Source: Octopus sinensis
Taxonomy: Eukaryota
DNA length: 64,000 nt
NCBI RefSeq assembly: GCF_006345805.1
Contig: NC_043013.1
Coordinates: forward strand, 8,246,001-8,310,000
Direction of reading: 5' to 3'
The translations under genes and the position numbers were made by a program. Each line of letters starts with the position of its first letter. Within the stretch, counting starts at the first letter, position 1. Of the stretch, positions 27,739 to 38,959 are shown piece after piece. A model generated the notes under the pieces. That model was not told where the DNA came from and did not search any database. It worked only from the letters and a program-made list of their open reading frames with translations.

Positions 27739-28879
27739 GATGGTGAGCTGGCAGAATCATTAGCACACCAGACAAAATGCTTAGCAGTACGTCTGGCTTC
27801 AGATTCCACTGAAGTCGACTTTGTATTTCATCTTGTTGGGGTTGATAAAGTACCAGTTGGACCCTGGGGTTGATGTAATTAACGTACCCTCTCCCCACAA
27901 AATTTCATATATTATTAATGCATTCTATAGAGTGTAACCTATAAGTGAATTAGTTAACTAAATATCAAATCTGTCTAAGAAATGTTCTTCAAAATCTGAA
28001 GTTTTATTTTATAGTTTCTAGGAGAATTGAAAACAAGGAATAAAGAAAATGTATAATTTGAGATAGATATCAAGAGTGAGCAACAAGGGATGTCTGATGA
28101 TTAAAGTTTATAATTCATATAAATCTTTGTCCCTGGATAGTATTTTAAATTAAAAAAATATGTTTTAATTTGAGTTATAAAAATACAACAAAAAAAACAT
28201 AATAAACATAATAAAAAAAATTGAATCAAGAAGTTAGATATGTGAGAAATTTTTAAATTCCATTTTTAACCAGATTTTTAAAATAAACCACTTAACAGAG
28301 ATGTATTATCTGCTTACAATCTCTGTTAATCTGTATGCTCACAATAACGCCCAAAGTTACCTCTAAGTATATTTGACCTTTCTCTACGGCCACTGTTATC
28401 CACAGCACATTGCTTAATGATGGTACTGTGGTATTTGATAGATTTTGACAATCTCTTGTTCAGTACGTGTCAAGAAAGCTACACTTGACCAATCTTTTGT
28501 GGACAGAAGATAAACTTTTCAACGCTTGGAAAAGTTTGCATGCATATTTGAGCTAGCATCTCATCTGAGACAGCATACACCAAATATGAGAGCAGTTAAT
28601 CAGCTTCTAATTAGCTAATCTCTAATTATGTGATCCTATAGAAAAAATCAATCGTTCTATGTTTATGTCTCTCCGAATGTTTTCGTGGTTGCATGTACGT
28701 AAATACACACACACACACACACATGCATACATATATATATATATATATATATACATACATACATATATATATATATACACTCACACATACACAAAGTAAT
28801 TTGGATTATATTATCAGATGATTTAGATTAGAATTATCAGTAAACAGAATCCTTGTCAATCAAATTTTGTCAAGGCTGG

Positions 28880-29172
28880 TTACTCCCACCAGTTATATTT
28901 ACCATCCCACAAGCTATTTCCATTGATCAGTTACATTATAGTTCCCCATGACCATTCCCACCAATCAGTTTTTGACTGTCCCACAATCCCTTTCCCACCA
29001 ATCGTTTGTCACTGTTCTACAAACCATTTCCACCAATTAGTTCTCTCGTGAGACCATTTCCATTACACTAGCTCTTTACTGTCTCACAAATCCACTCCCA
29101 CTAATTCGTGTACTGTCCCACAAAACTATTCCCACCAGTTAGTGCATTGTCCCACAATACTATTCCTATCAA
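28880..29172. repeat. Degenerate minisatellite, unit about 35 bp
   Basis: About 8-9 recurrences of ttcccaccaatcagtt...actgtcccacaa. Confidence 0.75.
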
Positions 29173-30128
29173 TCAAGCCAGCTTCAAACATAATATCCCG
29201 AAATACATGCAATAGTACCTGGAATGAGGTCTTTGCAATAAAGACTGGAAATCATATTGATCAAAATATAATGTGAGCATATATTTTTTAAAATAAATGG
29301 CGGTGCCCCAGCATGGCCACAGCTCGTGAGCTGAAACTAGATAAAATATAAAAAAAAAAAATTTTTTAAATCCCTCATGATGTCCATGTGTTTCCCAGTT
29401 TTAGAATAGGTACCTTGTGTCAGTGGAGGTGTGTGGCCTAGTGGTTAGGGTGTTGGATTCATGACTGTAAGATTGTGGTTTCGATTCCTGAACTGGGCGA
29501 TCTGTTGCATTCTTCAGAAAAGCACTTCATTTCATGTTGCTGCAATCCACTCAGCTGGCAAAAGTGAGTTTAGCCTGGAGAGGGATGGATTCTGCCAGGT
29601 TTTCTCACTCTAGATACACTGCATGGCTGCAGCACCTCAAGGCCCCCGCCCAAGGGGTTAAAAGACTTGTCAGTTGTCAACTCTGTGTCCCTGTGTAACA
29701 GGTAACTGAAAGGTGAGTGATAGGAAGAGCTTCCAGCCAGCTCATGACAGCATCGAAAAGCAAACATCTGGTGATAATGAGGATTTACATCTCTCGTTAA
29801 GTGTTTAATAGTCATTCCATTTCAACAACAACAAAAATAAACATCCCATTCCTGTAGACATACAAAAGGAAAACAAACAAAAAAAACCCAAAAATACAAT
29901 CATAATAAACTTTGCTACTGTAGGCACAAGGGCCTGAAATTTCGTGTGTGGTGGGGGTCAACTCAATTACATTCACCCCAGTGCTCAACTGGTACTTATT
30001 TTATCGGTCATGAAAGTATGAAAGGCTAAGATGACCTTGGTGACATTTGAACTCAGAACGTGAAGACAGAAGAAATGCTGCTAAGCATTTTACCCAGTGC
30101 ATTAACGATTCTTCCAGCTTGCTGCCTG

Positions 30129-30159
<31 letters not shown>

Positions 30160-30170
30160 ACTACTACTAC

Positions 30171-30212
<42 letters not shown>

Positions 30213-30454
30213 TAATAATAATAATAATCCTTTCTACAATAGGCACAAGGCTTGAAACTTGTAAGAAGTTGGCAAAACGATTACATTGATCCCAGTAGTC
30301 AACTGGTACTTCTGTAGGTACAAAGACTAAAGTCTTGTGGGAGGGTACTAATCAATTACATTAACTCTACTGGAATTTGAACTCAGAATATAAAGCTGGA
30401 AGAAATGGTAGTGACTCTACTAGCTCGCTGCCTTAGTATAGTAGTAGTAGCAGT

Positions 30455-30491
<37 letters not shown>

Positions 30492-30639
30492 TAGTAGTAG
30501 TAGTAGTAGTAGTAGTAGTAACAGTTTTGAATTTTGCCACAAGGCAGCAATTTCAGGAGAGGGGTCAGCCCCAATTTTCAACAGGCACCTAATTTCTTGA
30601 CCCAGAATGTAAAAATAGACGAAAGACTGTTAAGCTATA

Positions 30640-30687
<48 letters not shown>

Positions 30688-31278
30688 CCTTTCTTCTATA
30701 GAAATGACTATTATTGTTCCTGTTCTTGTTATTGTTGTTGTTGCTGCTGTTGTAGTCGTAGTTGTTGCTGTTATTGTTAAGGCGATGAGCTGGCACAATC
30801 ATTAATTAACATCGTTAACATACTGGACAAAATGCTTAAAAGTCTTTCATCTGTTTTTAAATTCCGGGTTCAAATTCTACAGCGATCATCTTTGATCTCG
30901 ACTTTGCCAGGCATCCTTTCGGGGATGGTGCGGGGGGGGGGTTGTTGATAAATTAAGTAACAGCTATGCACTGGGGTCGATGTAATTGACTAGTCCCCTC
31001 CCCCAAAAATTTCAGGCCCCCGAAAGGATGCAAGGCAAAGATGACCTTGGTGGAATTTGAACTCAGAACATAGCAATCTGTGAAATGCTGGTCTGCATTT
31101 CTTCCAGTGTGCTAATGATTCAGCCACCTCGCTGCCTTCTGCAGCAATAATAATAGTAAATGATAATAAATAATAAATGAACTGCTTTCATTAAAAAAAA
31201 AAAAAGAAAATCTAGGATTGAACTCATCCTCTTTGCTTATATAGCCTCCTAATTTTTTTCTTTTTTTATCTTTTTCAG

Positions 31279-32068
31279 CAGATCACGTGGAAATATACAT
31301 GGCAGATACTGTCTGAGAATTATGGAGGGCAATCATTATTAATATGGAAGTAGCACCAGAACAACACTCACTAGAGTAACTGTTTCTCACTGGATTTAAC
31401 ATATACTGAACTCACTGGAGTAATATTTCCTGCAATAAATATCTCTCATTGGAGTAACACTCGCTGAAGTAATCACTTTCACTTGGATTGGAATAACATT
31501 CATTGAAGTAAACCACTTTTACTTGAGTAACACAGAAGTTGTACATTTAATTTTTTTTCCTTTCTCTATCTCTCACTCTTCTTTCACTCACTGGAGTAAT
31601 TTTCATTGAATTAACACTCTCATTGGAGTATCACTTATTGAAGTAACTCTCTCTCTCTCTCTCTCTTGCATTTTCCTCCTGGGGTAATATTATCAGAGAA
31701 CTGAACCAAACACAAAGTTGAGTTATTTGAGTTCAACTTCCTTTTTTTCCAATTCCCTTTTTTTTAATTTCAAAACATACCGAAATCTAAAAACAAGAAA
31801 GTCTCTTTAAAAATTGAATAATCTAACAAATATATAAAAAAAAATACCACAAGAAGTCTTACAAATATATGTTTATACAAAATCTTTTCATAAAAATTTA
31901 AATTTTACACTTTTATGAAACCAACTTTGTTGAGTTTTCTCTCAAAGGAATCAATCTTTGAGCAGATTATATTGCTGAGTTTACTCAGGCTCCAACAGGC
32001 TCACTGAGGCTTAAAAAGAAAACTGGCAAAATAAAAGACATTTTTAAGAATCTCCAGCACAAAATAGA
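31279..32068 (+). other. Putative 5' UTR portion of the first DGK coding exon
   Basis: Strong acceptor tttttttcttttttttatctttttcag|cag (NAGNAG) at 31278/31281, followed by largely transposon-free sequence running to the DGK ATG. Confidence 0.45.
31364..31690. repeat. Degenerate 15-22 nt repeat (core cactggagtaa)
   Basis: About a dozen variants such as cactcactagagtaa, ctcactggagtaa, ctcattggagtaa, cattgaagtaa. Confidence 0.75.
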
Positions 32069-32132
32069 ATGGCAATGCAGTGGCAAAAGCTTAGTCCAGC
32101 TCAGTTCCACCAACTGCAAGAATATTGCAACT
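32069..32132 (+). CDS. DGK: Type I diacylglycerol kinase (DGK alpha/beta/gamma-like), first coding exon
   Basis: ATG with A at -3 and an in-frame TAA upstream (32045-47). Translates MAMQWQKLSPAQFHQLQEYCN + T, then a consensus donor gtaagt at 32133. Resembles the recalled DGK-beta N-terminus (KWAHLSPSEFSQLQKY). Phase 1, compatible with exon 58466. Confidence 0.9.
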
Positions 32133-32376
32133 GTAAGTACTGGCATTTTCTTTTCTTTTTCTTTACCTTTTTACCATTTTTGTTTCATTAATGATTCGTT
32201 TCATCTTTATATCCTTGATTTGTTTCAGTCAGATTCTTTTAAGTCTGGTACTTTACATATTTCATTGGTCACTTTTGCCAAACCAATAAGTTACAGAGAT
32301 GTAAGCAAAACCATCATTGGTTGTCCAAGCTGTTGTGGTGGTGGTGGGACAAGCAGAGGCACAGTGATGCATACAT

Positions 32377-32845
32377 TATTTACCTTATTTACATTTGACG
32401 GATATTTGTCATCATCTTGTTTGTTGTTAACACAATGTTTCCCTTGATATACCCTCCTGCCTTCATCAGGTGTCTTGAGGAAATTTCGAACCTGGGTTCT
32501 CATTCCTAAGGTATTTTTTGATGTTTCTTCGTCTTGAGCTTACTTGGTGGAGTGCGTTTGTTAACTTGACAACAAAATCAAAGTGAGCTCTGATTGGCTG
32601 TATGCAAGCACAAATTTTGTTTCCACGAGGGTTCCGGACCCCAGCAATGAACCCATTTGCTTTATTATTATTGTTGTTGTTGTTGTTGTTATTGTTCAGG
32701 TCACTGCTTGAAATCGAACTTGGAATCTTGGGGTTAGTAGCCCACGCTCTTAACCTCAAATGCCCACAGGCATTTGGCGTAGTGGTTAAGAGCGTGGGCT
32801 ACTAACCCCAAGATTCTGAGTTTGATTCCAAGCAGTGACCTTAAC

Positions 32846-32901
<56 letters not shown>

Positions 32902-33111
32902 TAATAATAATAATAATAGTAATAATAATAACATCGAAAAATACCTTAGGAATGAGAACCCAGGTTCGAAATTTCCCAAGACACCTGATGAAGGCTGGAG
33001 GGTATATCAGCTGAAACATATTAACAACAAACAAGATGAGGACAAATATCTGTCAAATGTAAATAATGTCAATAATGTACATAATTCTTCATCTCTTCAA
33101 TACAGAATTGT
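32377..33111. mobile_element. Head-to-head dimer of a tRNA-headed, hammerhead-containing retroposon with 16-bp TSD
   Basis: TSD acagtgatgcatacat at 32361-32376 and 33112-33127. The + unit has an A-box tggcgtagtgg (32775), a B-box-like motif, (AAT)n and a body with gacacCTGATGA...GAAAC (32980-33017). The inverted unit spans 32372-32755. Confidence 0.85.
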
Positions 33112-34814
33112 ACAGTGATGCATACATATACCCCCCCCACACACACACACAGACACATACATATACATATATAATGCACTTCTATACATTTTCATTTGCT
33201 TTTGCTTAACTGCCATCAACTTGAATCAAGCAAGCCCTTGGTCAGAGGAATCTCAGCTATGATTATACTGTCTTCCTATCAGACATAATGTATCTAGGAC
33301 TACATTCTATCTAATGTACACTTCCATCATTAAGATGGTAGAGTGTGATAGTGGTTTTTCAAGTTAGTGGACTGAAGTATGTTTATCAATAAATATTTGT
33401 ATGCAGGTGTGTCTCAACAATACTATTGGTCCTTAGTCAAAGTAATATCCTGAGGCCCCTACATAAAACCACAGCACAATAAAATAGCAATGGATTCTTC
33501 TAGATCTGTGGCAGCCACCAAGCAAGTACACTGTATGCCCAACCCATTTGATGTCAACCCACTTCAGATCACACTTGGTACTATGAGACAAACCTCCTAG
33601 GATCTAAATAAAATTTTTCATCAAAATTTTATGCTACTTTATATTCCAAATACCAAATTAATTAACCTTTCTCCTATAGGCAGAAGGCTTGAAATCTGGT
33701 GGGGTGAGGCTGGTCTAGTACATTGACCCCAGTGCACAACTAGTATTTATTCTATTGACCCTAAAAGGTTGAAAAGCAGAATCTTGGCAGAATTTGAACT
33801 CAGAATGCAGAGCTGGAAGAAATGCTGCTAAGCATTTTGCCCAGCATGTTAACGATTCTGCCAGGGTCGCTGCCTTATACCAGATTAAGTTTAATAATGA
33901 TAAAATTATTTTGTTACTGAATGTTACATTTTTTTAGAAAGTAACTGAAGCAAAGGATGCATATTTCGAAACTCTGTTAGTAGCAAAATGGTTAAGACAG
34001 CACCGTGTGTGTGTGTGTGTGCATTTACTGTGGCATTTGAAGAAACTTGTTTAGTTATCAACCATCTCAATCTTTCTGCTACCAAGTTTAATATACATAA
34101 ATGAATGCATGCCAATATGTTATGCATAATATTTGGTGTTGCAAACAAAAGATACAGGATTTGACATATAAATCAATACGATATCTTTATCTCGTAACTT
34201 GTAAGAAACACACACATGGCATAAACACTGACACATACATAAAAACAAACACACACACACACACACACACCTTCACACAAACATATACACACACACAAAA
34301 ATACACACACGCATACTCCCTCTTTCTTTCTCTCTCTCTCTGTCCCCACTCCCTCAAAAGATAAGATTCCAGCAACGTTCTTACACCTTTTTGAACTCTT
34401 TAAACAATTACATGGCACATTTCAAACGATCCCTTAATGTACACAGCTTCAGATATAAAACAAAGAACACACATCAAACAGACCCCTGCCATGCACAAAA
34501 GATTTCTTATTAACCCCATGGGCAAAACATATAAATAAACTAATATTACAACATATAACAATATAAACATTGAACAGAAGAAGCGAGCTACTCTCACAAA
34601 GATAGCAAACCGTGTGAGCTGCTTTGTCCTCATGTCACCCTATATTACAATTAAGGACCACAAGTACTACTTATTTTCATCATTGTTATCTTTTTTATAA
34701 CCACTTTTTATACAGGTATGAGTTGGAGGGGTTATCAAGATCTATCTGGTTATCAGTTTATTTCTTGTCTGGAGCCACTGCTCTCCTTTGGGGTTTATAC
34801 AGCACTATTGACAT

Positions 34815-35390
34815 TCCTTTGATATTGCTGCACCTCTTATGTGTCCATAGCTTACACTGGGTACATCTTATGGAGTTTCTACCTATGCCTTTCCCACAGA
34901 TTGAGCAGGGCCATCTACCTGAAGGGGTTTGTGATTTGTTTGCCTTCCTACTTATTAAGACTTTGGTTTTTGCTAGATTGACTCTAAGGCCCTATTCTGA
35001 TAGTGACTTAGCTATTAGAGCAAGGTCATCTGCATAGAGAAGCTCCCAGTGGCATCCTCTCTTGAATTCCACTGTTATTGCCTGGAGGACCATGATGAAT
35101 AAGAGGGGGCTGAGGACTGATCCTTGGTGGACCCCTACCCCTACCCAGAATTCTTCACTATACTCATTGCCAACCCTCACCTTACTGACAGCATCCCTGT
35201 ACATGGCTTGTACAGCTCTCACTAACCACTTGTCTATCCCTAGTTTCTGCATTGACCACCAGATAAGGGATCGGTGGACCCTGTCAAAGGCTTTCTCCAT
35301 GTCAACGAAAGCCAGGTACAGGAGTTTATCTTTCACTACGTATTTCTCCTGCAGCTTTCTTACCAGAAATTTAGCATCAGTGGTGCTTTT
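34815..35390 (-). mobile_element. RTE-clade LINE reverse transcriptase fragment
   Basis: AFVDMEKAFDRV...GVHQGSVLSPLLF...ELLYADDLAL (RT motifs), followed by GLRVNLAKTKV...WPCSICGKGIGRNSIRCTQCKLWTHKRCS. Confidence 0.92.
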
Positions 35391-35439
35391 CCTTGCTGCA
35401 TCTCGTCTAAACTAACTCTCTTTCTCTAATTAGTTGGGC

Positions 35440-35670
35440 TATGATAGCAAATCCTCATACCTCCTGATCCCTTGTCATGTCCTCAGTGAGGCCCAGCGTC
35501 CAAAGATCCTTTCTCACCACTTCATCGCAAATCTTCTTGGGTCTTCTCCTTCCACAGGTACCCTCCACAATCAGAGCTCAGCACTTCTTTATGCAACTGT
35601 CCTCGTCCATACGCATCACATGACCAAACCAGCGCAATCCTGTCTCTTGCACACATCTGATGCCTCTTAC
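35440..35670 (-). mobile_element. RTE-clade LINE ORF C-terminal fragment
   Basis: Manual translation GLRWFGHVMRMDEDSCIKKC*ALIVEGTCGRRRPKKICDEVVRKDL, the typical RTE C-terminus. Confidence 0.8.
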
Positions 35671-36464
35671 TCACAGGTTTCCTCTGTGCATGAGAGGCAT
35701 CGTGTGTGTGTGGATCTGACCAGACCTATTGAGGCTAGTTCTCAATAGGTTGATGCCCTATGCAGAACTCACATTTATTTTGAATAAATAAACCATGGGA
35801 AGTATACACACTTACATACATACATATATATACATACATACATACATATGTATACACACACATATACATACATACATACATACATATGTATATATATATA
35901 TATATATATAAATGTACACACACTCATACACATACACATGTAGGTATGAATATTTATATTTATATGTTCATGTATGTATATGTGTGTGTATACATGTGTA
36001 TGTATTTGTATTTGTAAACATATGTATTCCAATAACGATCTGTTGTCAATTCTTGGTGGAACCATTTAACTTGTGTTATATCACTTATGGCTCTGTGGAA
36101 AGACACGATTATCACATCCCATATATCAAATATGAATTAGTGGGCTAGCCTTGTTCATAATTTATTTCGAGTTATCTCTTCACATACGCACAGACACATG
36201 TGTATGTATATACCTATATGTGTGTGTGTGTGTATGTGTGTGTGTGTGTGTGTGTGTGTATGTATATATCAAAGAATAGTAAACAAGTTGGTTTACAATG
36301 TATGTAGTAATCAATTGGTGTGTAGTGTAGTATGTGGACCTCTTAACTTTGTGTTGTACATGTGTGTGTGTGTATGTATATATATATACATGCATATATA
36401 TATAAATATATTTATATTTATATATATATATACATATATGTATAAATATATATGTATATATATA

Positions 36465-36511
<47 letters not shown>

Positions 36512-36585
36512 ATATATATATATATATACACATATATATATGAATATAGATATATAATGTATATATAAATATGTGTGTGTGTGTG

Positions 36586-36653
<68 letters not shown>

Positions 36654-36875
36654 AGATAGATATAGATATATATGTATATATAAATGTGTGTGTGTATATG
36701 TATGTATATATATATATATATATAAACATGTGTGGGTGTGTAAACATGTATATCTATCTGCATATGTGTTTGTATTTATGTAATACATATATATTTGTAG
36801 ATCTGGTCATCTATTCAACTCATGAATTGTGTAATAGTGCCAATAGATACTAGTCTCATACTGAAATACAACTAG

Positions 36876-36907
<32 letters not shown>

Positions 36908-37304
36908 CCCCCCCCCACCTTTTCACAGATACAAAGACAGTTAAGCTGATAAGAGAAATGATACCCGCATTGTTCCTTTTGTTAAATACATCTGCTACTA
37001 ATTTGCTTGCATGATAATGAAATTTATTCTTCAAGAATTATCGCAATTGACTTCATTCGACTTCTCACCCCTTTGCTAGATAATGACAGTATTATTTACA
37101 TAATGGTTCTAAAAAGTTGTGCTTAAGAAGATAATCACATTTGTCAATATATTTATTATCAGGCCTTAATACTCAATGGGATTTAGTATCTTTGCCGGTT
37201 CCATGTTAATATATTTTCTATTGCTTGCACTATTTTCTCTTGACTATTTTCACCAGTGCTATCTGAAATTGTTATTACTGGTCTTCTTCTGCTCTGGATA
37301 CTTT

Positions 37305-37375
<71 letters not shown>

Positions 37376-37407
37376 CACATATATATATATATATATTTAT
37401 ATGTGTA

Positions 37408-37486
<79 letters not shown>

Positions 37487-37525
37487 CATATATATATATA
37501 TGTATGTATCTGTATATCTGTATCC

Positions 37526-37556
<31 letters not shown>

Positions 37557-37925
37557 CATGCATATGTGTGTACATGCATAAACAGTTTTATATATATATA
37601 GATATTCATACTTACACAGACACACACACACAAATGTGTGTGTGTGTATACATGAGCCTGGTGCAGCTGTTTATCTGGTTTACCAGTTCCAGTCAAATTG
37701 TCTAAATCATGCCAACATGGTAAATGGGCATTAAATGACGATGATATTCATATATACACATACATATGTACATACATATTTATATATATATATATATTTA
37801 TACATGTATGTGTATGTGTGTCATTGTCATCGTTTAACATCTGCCTTCCATATATATATATAGTCGCCATGATAGATCGTTAGCCACTACACACATTTTT
37901 TCTCTCCTTGTTTTTTTCTGTGTCC

Positions 37926-37961
37926 CTTTCTGTAGAAGAGCATAGGCTCGAAACGTAAAAG
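37926..37961 (+). ncRNA. Minimal hammerhead ribozyme motif (CUGUAGA core variant)
   Basis: CUUU CUGUAGA A GAGC-AUAG-GCUC GAAAC GUA AAAG. All stems pair; core position A6 is replaced by U. Inside an element of about 190 bp (37862-38053) embedded in (TA)n. Confidence 0.65.
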
Positions 37962-38082
37962 ACTTTTTCTCTTCCTGAGCGTTATACTAATACATCTGTT
38001 TGTTTTGTACACCACCTGTCTTCGTCTTTTGTTTTTTTTTTGTAAACTCTCCCTATATATATATATATATATATATACACAT

Positions 38083-38113
<31 letters not shown>

Positions 38114-38519
38114 GGTGCAGGAGTGGCTGTGTGTAAGAAGTTTGCTACCAAGCACATGGTTCCCAGTTCAGTCCCACTGTGTGGCACCATGGGCAAGTGT
38201 CTTCTGCTATAGCCTTGGACCAACTAAACACTTGTGAGTGGATTTGGTAGATAGAAACTGAAAGAAGCTCGTATGTGTGTATATATATATGTATATGTAT
38301 ATGTTTGTGTGTCTGTGTTTGTCCCCACACCACCATATGTACGTATTAGGGGTTCCAGATGAACCTACCTTTCGGCAGGAAACACAGATGCGGGCAGCGA
38401 CGTCGAACTCTCTTGTTGACCAAGTGCCACATATCAAAAGGTGGGGGGTGGGTTCACATACTAGTGTAGCACAATCAATGCATGGCTGCAACTTTTGGGC
38501 TGAAACATTTTTAAGGATT

Positions 38520-38551
<32 letters not shown>

Positions 38552-38959
38552 TATACACACACATGTATATATATAGTAAAATAAGGATTCGGATAGATTT
38601 GGATACTTGAAAAGATGTGCACCAGTTAGGGTTGGATAAACTTGTGGTTCTGGGCTAGGAATAGGATATTCCGGTTGTGTACACAGAGGAAACCAACCCT
38701 GTGAGTATTTAGACCTTAGGGACTGGTCCAAGGCATGCATTACATTGATTATACTTTGTTGCTATACTCTAAGGTGTGTGACAAATCATAAATCCCATTG
38801 GTGTATTATAATCAAATGAATTAATAACAGACGAAGGATAATTGTCAGCTCATTACAGCTGTTTCTTACACATTTTTAATAGAAGAATGAGAATATTACT
38901 TCATTACACACATGCACACACACATATATATAGAAAAGAAAAGAAAAGAAAAGAAAAGA

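Noticed and set aside
32775-32845. tRNA gene
   Set aside because: A/B boxes present but no acceptor stem or oligo-T terminator; it is a SINE head. The same applies to the other SINE heads.
34400-34633. Hydrophobic 77-aa minus-strand ORF
   Set aside because: No recognisable motif or splice partners; expected by chance in T-rich strand.
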